Below the pieces are notes generated by a model that was not told the DNA's origin, ran no database searches, and saw only the letters and a list, made by a program, of their open reading frames with translations. From positions 31,496,001 to 31,560,000 of the forward strand of contig CP158635.1 of the NCBI GenBank assembly GCA_050273025.1: DNA of 64,000 nt, in the 5' to 3' direction. The translations under genes and the position numbers were made by a program. This DNA is from Cenococcum geophilum (Eukaryota). Position 1 is the stretch's first letter. Each line of letters begins with the position of its first letter. Of the stretch, positions 10,501 to 24,048 are shown piece after piece.

Positions 10501-13470
10501 TCTTTATAAAGCTTAATATCCGCTAGGCCTTCCACTAAATTAGGATAAACCCTAGGTTTAAAGATCTTATTATATTCCGGACCTATTACAGAATATATAA
10601 ATATAAGGTACTCCCTTTTAGACTAACTAATAAACTAGCTATGTACTAGCGGTATATAAATAATATACTCTTTAACTACCTTAATTACTTCTATATAGCC
10701 TACCTAGATAATATTATAATCTACTTTAAGAATAAGCTAAAATATAAGGAGTATATCTATAAAGTCCTCTAATAGCTTTACAAGGCTAGTCTCTAAGTCA
10801 ATATTAAGAAGTTAGAGTTTAGTATTAAATAAATAAAGTACCTAGGGTTTATTATTAATATAGATAGAATTAAAACCAACTTAAAGAAAACGGTTGTAAT
10901 TACCTAGTAGACACTCCTATAGATTGTAAAGAGAGTATAATTATTTCTAGGTTTCTGTAACTTCTACTAATACTTTATTAAAAACTATAGCAAGATTGCT
11001 AGACCTCTTAACCGCCTTACCTAAAAAGACCAGCCCTTTTACTTTAATGCTATATATAGGCAGGCCTTTAATAAGCCTAAGAAACAGCTAGTTTTGGCTT
11101 TACTACTTACCTACTTTAACCTAGAACGGCCCTTAATGCTAGAAACTAATGCCTTAAACGGTATTATAGCCAGCGTTTACTCCTAAAAATAAACGGACAG
11201 AGAATAGCACTCTATTACTTACTATTTAAAGACTATAGTAAATACTAAGCTAAACTACCTAATTTATAATAAGGAAATGTTGGCTATTATCTTTAGTTTT
11301 TGGTACTAGTAAGTATAGCTAAAAGGACCCCTAAACCTATCTAGGTAGTTTTAGATTACTAGGCCTTAGAATATTTTATAATAATAAAGGCCCTTACGGC
11401 CTAGTAGACGCGATAGGCAGATATTCTATCTTAGTTTAACTTCTTAATTATATATAGGCTAGGCACTGTAAACCGTGCGGACGCCTTTATAAGGTATAAA
11501 TAGGACCTAGATAACTAGATAGCCGTAAATATCTTATTATAGACCTAGACGCTTCTATAACTAAAATATCTTAACCCCTAGATATAGATAGAACTAAGTA
11601 CGGACTTTATAGACGCTAAGATATATCTTATTAACTCTATAGAACTTAACCTTATTAATAAATTGCTATAGGTAAACTACACGGCCCTTTCTCGATATGA
11701 GTACTATAAAAAGATAAAGAATGTTACTAGCCTAGCCTATAGTCCTTTAAAAAAGGACTACTTAAGTACTATAAACGGCTAATAGTAGTAGAGGGATAGA
11801 ACTTACGGACTTAACTTATCGCCAAAGCATATACCTAGGTCTCTACGGCTTACCCTAGAAAAAAAAATAAGAACTATAAGATTATTAGTAAATAATACTA
11901 TTGGCCTAAAATAGTTATAGATATTAACCGTTACGTACAGAACTATAATAACTGCTATAGGTTTACAATTCTATAAGATAAAACTCTAGGACTATTAAAA
12001 CCTCTTTTAATACTAGAATACCCCTAGTAGTATATCTTTATAGATTTCTATAAGCTACCTCTAAACCGTAACAGATATAATATAGTTATAATTCTAGTTA
12101 ACCACTTTAGCAAGCGCCTATTTTTAATCCCCTATTATAAGAATATTAATACTAAAGAGGTAGCCTAATTATATATTTACTACGTCTATCAAATTTATAG
12201 ACCGCTAGATACTATTATATCTAATTATAGACTGTAGTTTATATCGGCCTTTTAGAATAAATTTACCTAGATCTTAGGTATTAGGCTAAAGCTTTTTATA
12301 GTATACTGCCCCTAAATAGACGGTTAGACGGAGATTATAAATTAATACTTAGACTAAAGACTTTGGCCTTTTATTAACTACTTTTAGGATAATTAGGCTA
12401 AACTACTACCTTTAATAGACTATACCTAAACAACCTTACCTTATAACTTTATAGGATTTATCCCTATCTAATTAGAAATAGACTACTTATTCTATATAAG
12501 CTTTAACTAGGATAGACCAAAAGGACCCTAAACCGTACGCGAAAAACTATCTTATAAGGAAGCTTAGTAGTACGCTAAGCGCTTAAAAGAAGCCTAGATG
12601 GTAGCCTGTATAAACCTAGAAAAGGCTTAGAAATTAATAAAATAGTAGGTAAAAAAGTATAAACACGAGCCTAACTTTACTATAAATAATATAGTTTAGG
12701 TTATAATAAAGAGCTAAGAGATAGGATAGCCTAGCTATAAACTAGACTATTAAATAGTAGGACTATATAAAGTCCTTAAGAAAATAGTTAACTTATATAG
12801 GGTAAAGATCCCAGATTTAATAAAGGTTTACCTTATATTTTTGCTAAATAAGCTATAGAAAGCTATAGATAACCTATTACCTAGATAAAAGAACAAACCT
12901 CCCCTACTAATTTAAGTTAATGGCGACAATAATAGGGAAATTAAAGAAATACTAGCCTATAAACTAGTAAGGAAAACGCTAAAGTACTACGTTAGTTATA
13001 AAGGCTATAACCTAGATACTATCTAGTATCCTATATAGAACTTTATTAGCGATCCCTATAAGCTTTAAAAATTCTATAGCTATTACCCTAATAAATTAGG
13101 ACCCCTAAAGTACCTAGAGAAGTAAATAAAGTATTAATATAGTAAAGATAATAAGCTACTAGAAGAATATAAGGATAAAAACGCCCTATAGGTGTAATAC
13201 AGATATATAAAGCCTAAGTGTAGGCTTTACTAAAGGGGGGGTAATATTATAGCACTAGCAGAAAATGGCAGAACTTGGTTAGTAGAACTTGGTAGAACTT
13301 TACGGTCACGTAACTAGAGGACCGCATAAAAGAACTCTACTTCGGTCGGCGCTACTCTTCTTCTCCTTTCCTTTCTCTAGCTTTGGATTCTCGTTTATAG
13401 ACAATCCAATCGTACAGGCTTGCGCGTCCCTCTTGCCGTACTCGTGCCTCGATTGACTGAGTCGCTAACA
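7575..13470 (+). mobile_element. RIP-degraded Ty3/Gypsy chromovirus, family B: 5' LTR 7575-7911, gag (zinc knuckle about 9017-9063), protease, RT, RNase H, integrase, chromodomain, PPT, 3' LTR 13245-13470
   Basis: TG...(C/T)A LTRs share their 3' halves. RT YLDN (=YLDD) at about 10701, ETNAL (=ETDAS) at about 11142, PPT AAAGGGGGGG at about 13232-13241. The LTRs differ in U3 and no clean TSD was found. Confidence 0.9.
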
Positions 13471-13627
13471 TAGTGTAATAGATTTAATGGCTGAACTTAC
13501 GGTAAGCAAAGGCCAAATCTAACAAATTATAATCTGCTTATACCGATATTGTTAGTAGGTACTTAACAATACTGTCAAAAGTTAGATTACCGTAATATTC
13601 CACTAAAAAGGGTTGATTAAGGGGTGT

Positions 13628-13789
13628 TGTTATAGCACTGTTACAGACCCTAGTCAGGGGCCCGGCCGAGCCGAGCCTTGGCACCATGTATATAGACGTG
13701 TCCTTTCCTCGACCTTCTTCTAGTCCTCGTCTTGGGATTCTCGTTCACTGGCTACCAATAGATTCTGTTCTTTTGACTAAGCCTTTACA
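13628..13789 (+). mobile_element. Solo LTR
   Basis: TGTTATA...CCTTTACA termini. TSD GGTGT/GGTAT (one RIP-type change) at 13623-13627 and 13790-13794. Confidence 0.8.
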
Positions 13790-13798
13790 GGTATAGAT

Positions 13799-14213
13799 TG
13801 TAATATAAATATCGTTATATACCCGATATTGTAATAAAGAGATTTAACTATATCTTAGGGGTTTATAGCTCCCTAGCAAAATACTAAGTTACTAGTAACT
13901 ATTAGCTAGTAAAAAAATAGAAAAGACTATAAAAATTCTAACGCCTATCCCTATCTAATTTATAATTTATTTCTATCCTTTTACTCCCTGATATTTATCT
14001 ACTAGTTACCTCCTTCTAAAGATCCTACTATAATTAGCTACTTTTTAGTAGCTATCCCTGTCCTATCTACGGGGCTTTAATTAGTTCGCTTAGAACGAGC
14101 CAGCCTGGCGCTGTGGATAGATACTTTGGCTACCACAAACCCTTTCTTCCCTAGCTTTGAATTCTCGTATATAGGCTACCAATAGACCCAGTCCCGTTGC
14201 CTGAGCCTTTACA
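13799..14213 (+). mobile_element. LTR-like remnant directly downstream of the glucan synthase stop codon
   Basis: Ends ATTCTCGT..GGCTACCAATAGA..GCCTTTACA, like the 13628-13789 LTR. The 5' boundary is uncertain (TGTAAT at 13799 or 13830) and no TSD was found. Confidence 0.55.
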
Positions 14214-14281
14214 CCATCAATAATCAAAGACGAGGACCTCCTTTAAGCGAAACACGAAACAAATAGAACCACACAGGATAT

Positions 14282-17200
14282 TTACGGTTTAGCCAGTTGC
14301 TCCTTCCGATAGAAGAAGAAACACATGACGTTGATAGACAGTTGGAAAACCAGGGCAATCCAGAACCAGGGATTTGATAGACCATCTCCAAAGCCCGCGG
14401 AAAAATCGGGAAAGACATCCCCAGGTCCGATCTTGTTGGGGGCGGTAGCTCGTGCCAGGATGGTAGCGACGGATCCGATGACTTGGGCGGCGATGACGGT
14501 GAAAGCAATGTGGAAGCGAGTGAGGGTGTTGAGGAGGATCATCCCGAAGCCTTATTATGAGGTTAATACGATGCTTGACATGGGGCATTCGGGAATACTT
14601 GCCTACGCCTTGTAGAGCATCTAGCACGCCAAGCCATAACCATAAGGTTCGCCCAGCAAAGGCACTGGCGGCGTGACCACCAGCCCACGGCACATACTGG
14701 CCAATGTTGGACGTAGACCAGAGCATTTGGCACCATCTGGGGGCACCCAAGCCGATGGCAAAGATGGGCAAGATCCACGAGTGGCGAGAAGATAGGATGC
14801 TAAAGAGATACAGAAAGGCCGCCCAGACTCCGAGGAAGAAGACTGCAACGACGATGGCCATTTGCCAAGCGGGAACGTGTTGACTGGACCAGAGATAGAG
14901 CCAGTTGCGGCCGTACGGTGCCGAAAGCCAGTAGTTTTGAATGAGGACCATGAAGAAGAACCACTAATAACGCTGTCAGCATACTCCGTAAGCTTGACTA
15001 TAAGTAATACTCACCACTATGATCTTTCGGCGCATTAGTGTCCGGTAAAACGAAGGCACTGAACCAGGGGCCTGTCGGTAGTAGTCTGGTAGACCTGCCC
15101 AAAGGACAAATCCCACGGTCCATATGAGAATCGCAATACCGACACCAATGGCAGTCATGAGGACAGGATTGGTTTCAATCAAACTAGTTCCAGAGCCGCC
15201 TGAGCCTGAGATCTTGGCCAACCTCGAACCCCAATACCACAGAGCGACCATATAGATTTGTTGCGTGCCTTGAATGACACAGGCACGATACACCCAGCTT
15301 GTAATAGGAGCACCACCTATTGAAAATTAGAATTGCAGGCCAAGAAATCGAGGTTCACTTAGACTTACCCTCGTCACCGAAGTTCAACGCAAAGAAGACC
15401 GAACCGCTGGAGGCCGCCACAGCGTAGGAACCTGTGGCAACATTCTGCGTCCAACCCCTGCCGGACTCGTCGTGCACGTAGGGAGCGAGACCGATCAATA
15501 AAAATGCTACTCCGTAGAACTAATTCTGTCAGGTAAAATTGAAAGATAACAATGCAGGAAGGATAACTTACCACGAACGGAGTCGATAGGACGTATATCG
15601 ACTTCAAGGATCGGAACATAAACCACCACATAATTGAGGCGAAGAGGTAAATGGTAGCGACAATGTACAGCTTCTCAGCAGTCTGACCGATTTCTCCCGT
15701 GAGTAAAGTCACTTGATATGAGTTTGCTGAGATAATTTGGCCCTGAGAACGTCAGGTCAGTCTGTTCAAGGGGATTAGAAGATACGCACAAATGCTAGAA
15801 GGATAGAGTACAAGGGCCAGTCCCCAATCCTGCGAAGGAGGAATCCTTTCAATCCCTTTGGTGGGACGTAATCCTTGTCAATGAGGAACTGGTTCACGAG
15901 TCCCTGGTTGTCATTGCTATTACTATACCCGCCGTCTTGACCGTACAAGGGCTCAGGACTCTTAGATCGGAAAATGGAGCCGGCAGGTGTGGCAGCTGGG
16001 GACTTGCCCAGTTTAGCATTCCGGTAGCGATTGAACCACTGCTTCTCACTCTTCTCCAAATAATCCTCAATACACAGCTGGCTTTCGGAGCTCTTGCCGT
16101 TGAGGTCGTCCAGCTTTTTTTCAAAAGCCTTATAATACTCTTTATTGGGATCCGTGAAGAATGGCTCGACCTTTTGAAGGTTATAGTCGTGCCTTTCGGC
16201 TACAACTCCTGTCAAACTGAGTGAGCTCCTATTCTTGCTGTGATCGATGGAGAGGGGTGGATTGAGCAAGTGCTCCTCATAGCCAAGAGAGGGAGTTCCT
16301 TGGTCAGAAAGCAACGGGGAAGGTTGATATCCACGCGGTGAAGGAGGGATTGGAGAGTGCTCCAGAGAGAAATCTTGAGTTTGGAGATGAGCGGTAAGCC
16401 GGGCGAGAGTTTGATCGTTGTTATCATGGCCAATGAACATTCGCCGTGATCGTGATCCGGCTTGAGCTCTACCACGACTCCGACTGCGACTCCTTCTCGG
16501 GGTGAAGCTTCCATCTTCACCAGCCTCGGACATATCGTTGTCCTCACCACTGGTACTCATTTCATCAGCCTGGGTGACGACGGTCAGAGGAGTTTGACAC
16601 GGCCGGCCTCTGGATCTGTGTCCTGGACCCAGAACACTTGACATTCGGTTCAGACCGCCTGGCTGGGGTTCCTGTCGCTCTGGGGATGGAGCCCTACTTG
16701 TTGCAGTGCTCGGGGCGATGCTCGGTGCTCTGCTGTTGGCTCTCGATCGAGCACCGAATATAGGCGTGTTGGCACCGCTCGGCCTGTTTGGTATAGAAAT
16801 GAGGGAGTTCCGTTCCCCACGAGCAGAGGCGTATCTCCAATGTTTCTCAATCGCGGTGGATTGAAGAGTCTCGAGATCCTCAACCCATTGTTGAACGGGG
16901 AAGCGCTGTTTCGCCGAATGAGCACGCATCATGGCACGGACCTCCGTATTCGATGCCAGGGCCTCATGGATGGCAGATTTGAACTGGTGGAGCAAATTCT
17001 TGGTTGTGGTGGATTCCACTGTATACCACCAGCCAGGCATTTGGCCCAGACCACCTACTCGGGCACCAACACCAAGAGCGCCTTTTCGTCCAAATTCGAC
17101 AGCCACGAGACCAAACGGCTCGTCTCTGCTGGGAATCAAGGCGAACTCAGCACCGCTGAAAATATACGGCGGAAGTGCAGTGAATTCTGGCTTTGAAAAT

Positions 17201-20200
17201 ACTCGTCCAGGATACCTATCCATCATCTTCCCAAGTTTGAGAGCGGCGAAAGAGCCGTACAAGTCGATGACTGGACCAATGCAGATTAACTGAACGTTAG
17301 GGTTCTCCTCGAGAACTGATGGGAAGACGTCCGCAATAAGATCCACACCCTTCTGCATGGACCAACGGCCAACGAAGACGAAAAGCTCAGCTTGAGGATT
17401 CTGTGTGAGCCCGGCCCACTCCTGTGCTTGCCGCTTCAGAGGAGCACGACCCGCTTCGAAAACAGGGTCGACAACCGCTTCGGCTTGTTTCTCGCCACGA
17501 GTCCATTCGGCGGTATCACTAGGATCGGGATTAGGTAAGGCTTGAATCTCTTTTAAGCCCCAGAAGATGGGATAGCGTGCATAAGAGCGCTTTCCATACT
17601 TCTTGGAGACCCCCACCGCCCCGAAGCCCTTTTGGTGCTCACGCAGATAACTGGCAGCAGCGTGAAGAAGGTTGAAGACTTCGCCGAATTGGACATACTT
17701 TTCCACAATCTCGGGGTCCAAATTGTAGATTCGGCAAACCTCTTCACGCTCGGTCTTAGTTCTCAACGGCCACAAGCCCTGAAATTCTGCGTTGTGTAGA
17801 GACAAGCAACAAGGAATGGTGCCGGGCAAGAGGTGTAGAGGCGCTATAGCACCGTGGTAGTCATTGATATGATAGAGATCCACAGGAAACCGTTGAATTG
17901 CTTGCGCAATGCAAGAGTTCCAGGCTGAATAGTAGATGGCGGAATCGAGGTCGTCCATCCTTGGCGGGTACGGTTCTGACTTGCTCTGTTGCCTGAAAAT
18001 CGGCGCATCAAGCAAGACATATGTGATGTTGCGAAGGACATGGTACTGGACATCAATCGAATAAGAGTTGCCAAGGACTGTTACCTCCATGGGATCCGCG
18101 GGGTAATCAACTGGGTAGTCGATCCCACCCACACAAGGGACGACCCAGATCAGGTCTTGGTGACCAAGATTCTTTCCCATCCTGCAAACAATGTTAGCAA
18201 ATCTATCTCAACGGGAGAAATGAAGAGTCGTGCAATTGAGCCATAACACCCAAGCCACCAATCTTAATCTTTATCTCCCAGTCTTCAATATCGTACTCCA
18301 TTGTAGCAATCAGAACCGTGCGCCTATCAGGTGCTCCCGCGTCAGCATCCAAGATGTTGCCCTGGGTTCGTCGTCCAGCCACTGCACCGACATCGAGCAT
18401 AGAGTTGTTATAGGAGACGTTTCGCAGACCCAGGCCATCCAGTTTCTTGGGGACCGGTGGACGGTCTCGAGACACAGTTTCTTGGATCCGGCGGAACTGA
18501 CGTCGAACACGAAGTGGAATGATATTAGCCTTGTTAGAGACACCTATCTGATTGAACTTCACTGCATAGAAGGATTTGAGGTACGCCCAGACTGCGGCGG
18601 TGGCAGTAAGAATGGGAATCAGTGCCAGTAAGATCCAGAGCGCAAGTTGCGCCCACCGATTACCCACCGGAAGCAACTCGTATCGAAGCGTGGCATCATT
18701 GAGTGAGATGAGATAGGCCAGATGGGGCGATTCAGGAGGATTTGTGATGTTGATGTAGTTGCCCAACAATGTCTTCAAGGGAAGACGGTCGAGGATATTG
18801 TCTCCGTCAATATCGCCAAAAATTTCAGTCTGATCTGGTTGACCGTCAGGATTGATGCCCCATACGCTGAGAGATGTTTGAGCGGGCCACTCGGTCATGT
18901 AGTTGAAGTTCCATCGACCACTCTTCTGGTTGAGTTTCATCTCGTTCTTGAGCCCAGCATCAAAGCCATGCTGATTCCAAGGGCCTACCACAAACAGATG
19001 GGGAAAGCGCCTAGGTGGCTTGTTCGCCCATCTAGCATCGCTATGTTGAACATGATCACTGCTTCCGCTTATCTTGGACCAGTACTGGACGATGACGTGG
19101 TCTCCCTCCCATTCTTGGGCTTTCGTGCCATTCCAAACGCGAGGGCCGAGGGTGTCGGTTCCCCCCTTGTATTCCATCCAATCGCTGTATGATGTGCCCC
19201 AGTTCAACGTATATCTCCATTTATCAGCGCCCGCAGCGGCGTGGGTTACGGTCAGCTTCCCGTTGTTATTGTTGAGAAGAGACACGGAGTAGTTCGCTTC
19301 CCTAGGGAAGACCATAGGATTGTTGTGGTCGCCCACGCGAAGGTAGAAGTGATCGACCGCCTAGAACAGAAGTAAGCATCGTAATTCTGATTGGGTGAAT
19401 TCTCGGCTCACATTGGTGCTGGCGTTCCCATCTCTTGTGGTGACATTGTTTATAGAAATGTCATGAAGCCCATGGGACAAGTCAATTAGATCTGCAGAGT
19501 ATACCCACGCCGTCTGAGGAGCTCCGACCCACTTGGGTTGATCAGGATCGGGAGATGCAATTCGGCACTGGACGCTTCCCGAGTCAATCTGCGCGGTCGA
19601 CCCATCTCCCGTTCTGGATCGAATGTGTATATTTCGGGTGACGTCGTCACAGTCCATTTCGTCGGAGAAGTGGATTTCAATTTGAACATGACTACCAGAA
19701 GGATTGGCAGACATAATTCTGTAATCATGACCGGGAACAAATTTCGTGATAGATGGCGACGGACGAACCCAATTATTCTTTGGAACCAACACTTTGTAAC
19801 CCCATGCGGGTATGGAGAGCTCCCGAAGACATCCATTGAATTCTTTCGAGCCACCGATGCTACGATGGAGTCAGCTTGGATACAAATATGTCGCATAGGA
19901 GTGCATACCTGAGCTTCACGGGCCCCTTTTCTAGCATGTACTCATCGAATGGTGGAAAGAGGTTCTTCACTATCGTCCCCTCATCAAATGGAGAAATCAA
20001 CGCCTTCTGCGGGTCCGAGCAGTCGAATTGGTAGTTGGTATCGCGCTTATCGTTTTGGTAGACGAACCACATACCCTGGTTGCCCTGGCCGATGCCATCA
20101 AAGTCCTGGATACCGAAGAAGGCCGCTCTATAAATGCTCCACATACCTGTTTCTGTGGGAGTATGATTGCTGCCCGGTAGGAAGATCTGATACGTCTGGT

Positions 20201-22230
20201 TCGATAATTGCTGAAGATAGTAGCCGTCGTTTAAAACTGGATAGTTTTTGCGCATCTCGAACATGACCTTTTGGATGTTTCGTATAGGATGGGAAGGGTC
20301 TCGATGATCAAGGCTGACGTTGTCGTCGAGACAGCCCCAGGCAGCGCTCTCGATCGGGAAGTTGGCATATTTGACTGATCCGACCTTGTAGCATCCATGA
20401 ATTTGCCAAGCGTTACTAGAAGACATTGGGCTTCTGCCAAAGACTACAAAAATGTATCAGCGCAGTGCGATTCGGTAGTACTCTTGGATGCCTCACCATA
20501 ATTGGCGTTGGTATTTTCGAGAATGTAGAAAGCTTGCTCTTCGCCCCAATTGATCAGAGGAATTCCTGGAAAAAGTAGTGATACGATGAAGATTCCAAGA
20601 TTTTGCTTCTCGGTTCCATTCTTGATTGAGGGCCAGCGGAACACATCAAAGTTGGAGGCCCCGATTTGATCTTCGAATAAGGTCAGTTGAAGTTTTAAAG
20701 AAGGTTCAAAGGGTACTCACGTCTGGGGTCAAACTTCCCGGTGTTGGCGTTGACCAAGTCGTTCGTCTGGAGAATCGTATTCCAAGTTTCGACGAAGTTT
20801 ACAGGTGGGTCGCCTTCAGCTGCGTATATACCGTCAAGCCCGAGGAATCTAGTGAGAGCACGATAGATGGTATAATGAAATGCGGCCGCATCGAGACCAG
20901 CCTTCTCCGGTTCTCGTATGAAGAGTTTTGGATCGGTCTCGTTGGTAAACGTGAGGACCTCCGTGATATTCTCGACCTGCATTGAAGGCTCCTTACCCCT
21001 TCCAATGTAAACCGCCCCAAGGGTATTGCCTGCCACGATTTCTCCTGGAATGTAGAAATTTTCTTTGCCGAGTTTGCGCGCGCATTCTCTCATGTAGTTG
21101 GACCATTCGCCCTGAGCGTCCACAGTAACTTGAAGGGCTTTGTCGATGCGAAAGCCGTCGAAATCAAGCATATTCAGAGCCATGCAAGAGAAGTGTTCAA
21201 TCTTTTCGCGCACATCGGTGCGCCATTCGCGGAGACGGTCCTGCACGAAAGCAAATTTAGATATTTGCTTTTGCCTGTGAAAAGTCAGAAGTGGGCTGCT
21301 TTCATGGGTAAGAGAACGTACCATTCCGGGTAGTTACCAAAGGCAGCGACTTCTCCATACTGCCGTAGAATGTGTTAGACCTTTGCGGTAATTATTTAAG
21401 CATCGAGAAGGGCACGCACCTGATCAAACTCGCTGTCACGGCATCCGACCAAGAGATGCGATGTGTTCAACACCCGGTTCCCATCGGCTCCCCAAAACCT
21501 AGGATAGTCGCATTTCTCGAGATAGGTGTTACCAGGCGCAAAGTCATGATATCTCCGGGTGTCCTTCCAGACGTAATTGTGTTCTTGAGGGTCGAAGGGG
21601 GTCGACACGTTCAAAAAGCCTTCGAAACCCAAGAGATCTCCCATAGTCGCAAAGGTATTCTCCAACACGACGTACATTCCTCGTCGATGGGCCTCTGAAA
21701 TCATTGCCCTCCAGTCATCAATGTTACCGAAGTGGTGATCAAGAAGGGTAAGGTCGACCGGAGAAAAGCCATCATACGACCAAGGGAGGTTGATCTGCGG
21801 CATTCCGATAATATAGAGTGCCTGAAATTCGTCAGTGTTATAATTGTAGAATTTCCCAGCTGTTCCGCACCTCAATACCCATTCCCTGCAAGTAGTCAAA
21901 GCTATCCATGAGACCCCTGACGTCTCCTCCATGCCGAAGTTGGTTGCTGAGGGGATCATGCTCAAATTGGGTACCGTTGGCATTATCATTCGACGGGTCG
22001 CCATTCACGAATCTGTCCAGGAAAAGCGAGTAGAATGGCATTCGCCAGTTGGCCGGTGATGGATAATATTCATGATTCGGCCACTCCCCCCAGTAATCCA
22101 AAGGATCTGTTGCGGTCTTGTTTTCGTTGAGGTTGAACCCGACTTGCTCCGGGTCGTAGATCAGAGCTCTAGCTATTGGGATCAGTAACAGCTGTAACAA
22201 GAGCTGCCAAGGGCCCTGTTGAAGTTTCAT
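14282..22230 (-). CDS. ags1: Cell-wall alpha-1,3-glucan synthase (signal peptide, extracellular GH13 domain, TM helix, GT5-like synthase domain, multi-pass membrane domain); 14 exons
   Basis: Motifs WRMPFYSLFLDRFVNGDPSND, DGFRIDKA, ATMEYDIEDWEIKIKIGGLGVMAQL, SLHNAEFQG, FVGRWSMQKGVDL, PSRDEPFGLVAVEFGRKG, and C-terminal FYRKEQLAKP. I traced 13 introns with continuous frame; two are GC-AG (18182-18233 and 14551-14602). Confidence 0.96.
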
Positions 22231-22767
22231 CTTCCCCACTGGTTTCCTTATCACAATTGAACGAAAGAAGGCCCCCCCGAGGCAGATATCAGTCAACTCG
22301 TCCCATCCACAAATTATTCATATACCAAGAAATGATAGAAAGAATAAAACGAAAGAAGGTGGAAGGAAGAAACAATAGTCTTGGGAACCCCAAGGCTGCA
22401 CTAGAAGAATAATAAAAGGGTTGGAACGTACCACCACTGGATCCACAGTTGATAGCAGCAGGCGGTCTAAGGCTGACAGCATCTGCAAATTCAGCTCCAA
22501 GCTTCAAACCATGGGGGTTTCCGAAATTGGTGGTTGCATGGGTTACCAAGGGGGCCAGAGAGTCATGCAGTCTTGATCATACTATCACGAAGTTAGCGGC
22601 GCTTGGGTCCACCTGGCAGAGACCTGGCTTTTTTGGCTTACAGAGGAGAAGGCGATTCGCCAGAAAGGAGCGCGCCTGTAGATACTATGGCCAATATATA
22701 AGGCTTCATAGTTGACGTTGAATTGGATCACGTGATAGGGAGAACGTGTCAAAAATATCTCGAAGGA

Positions 22768-23646
22768 GGGCAGAATCGATCAACCAGGTAGTGTCAGTGT
22801 TCCACCTGGGCCCCCCTTCAAAACAGCAGGTCCAGGTGGAATTCGCCCAGGTGGACTGCCCAGGTGGCTTAAATTGCTAACAAAACTTGCAGCTATACGG
22901 TGGTAGGTTTCAAAAGTCATTGCCGCCAAGCCAAGGCAGAACAACAAGATTCTGCCGGTAGAATTCTGCCACGTCATTAAGCGTTTACCGGGTTTGTTTT
23001 TAGCAGCTTAATTCTATACCTTTTAAGCTTTTTAATATTCTAAATAGCTACTAAAAATCTACTGCGAAAGGTTTTATGGTTGGCTATAATTTAAATTATA
23101 ACTCTTAATTGTATATAATATATAAAATATTTAATACCTTTTAAGAGTGTTACTATATATAAGGGAGTGCCGCAGTATAGAAAGGTTATAAAGAAAGAAT
23201 ATTAAGCAGTATAAAGAGATCTTAAGTAGTAGAAGATTTAAGCTTAGAGTAAGCGGATTATTGGGCATATCTGGAATATTATTCAGCTTAAAGGAGGTAA
23301 TAAGTATAGAGATGGTGCTATAGAAGTACTAAGATGCTTAAAAGTACCTAAAGCGGGAGAGGATAAATAGGAGGATATCTAGATTTAGAAGGCGGTAAGC
23401 TAGGGCGGTCAATTTCTTGGCAGCAAAGACTTTTGAAACCCACCACCGTATAGCTGCAAGTTTTGTTAGCGTGTTTTTTAACTTTCCCTTAAAACAGCAA
23501 AAATACCAAAACTTCTCCTACCAAAAGGCCGTGCAACGCCTCCATCCAGCCTGGTGTAACCTCCCTTTCAGCTGCCAAGACGGCAAATTTGCCTAAAATC
23601 CACCTGGTGGAGTCGACCTGGCCAAAAATAGTTATCGAACATGCCC
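22768..23646. mobile_element. Non-autonomous DNA-transposon-like insert in the divergent ags1/amylase promoter: 55-bp inner inverted repeat (22876-22930 and 23416-23470), possible PIF/Harbinger-like outer ends
   Basis: The inner IR has 3 mismatches in 55 bp and encloses an AT-rich RIP-like interior. The right end GTTATCGAACATGCCC|TTA resembles a Harbinger TIR plus TSD; the left end GGGCAGAATCGATCAAC is only a degenerate match. 22898-23070 recurs at 26686-26875. Confidence 0.65.
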
Positions 23647-24048
23647 TTAATAGTAATAGTATTTTACGATTGGTCCATTTTTGGCTGTGTTGTTACCGCT
23701 CCGGCTTTGGACTGCTGGCTGCCCATTCCTCTTCCGGCATGGCTGTATTGGTCTGCAACAAACTGAATCTCACCGGAATGCTCCAACGGGTCTTGGGCCT
23801 CTCAGCTCAACATTCTCCTCGTACCAACCCGGAACACCCCCTACCACATTTCCGAAAGATGGAAATGAGGACCGCCTCCGTGTTGATGAAAGCAAGCAAA
23901 AAAAGCTTGTCTGTTGGCAACTTGTCAGTGCTCGAAGACTGCATGATTCCGGTAGCGGTTCCGCGAGGCCAGCCATATCATCATGGCCTGTCGCTGAGTT
24001 TCACACAGTTTATCGCGAATATTTTTGATAATCGGCATCTTCACCGAG

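Noticed and set aside
14224..22977. Many overlapping and antisense ORFs across ags1 and its promoter
   Set aside because: Alternative-frame shadows of a GC-balanced coding gene, with no recognisable motifs.
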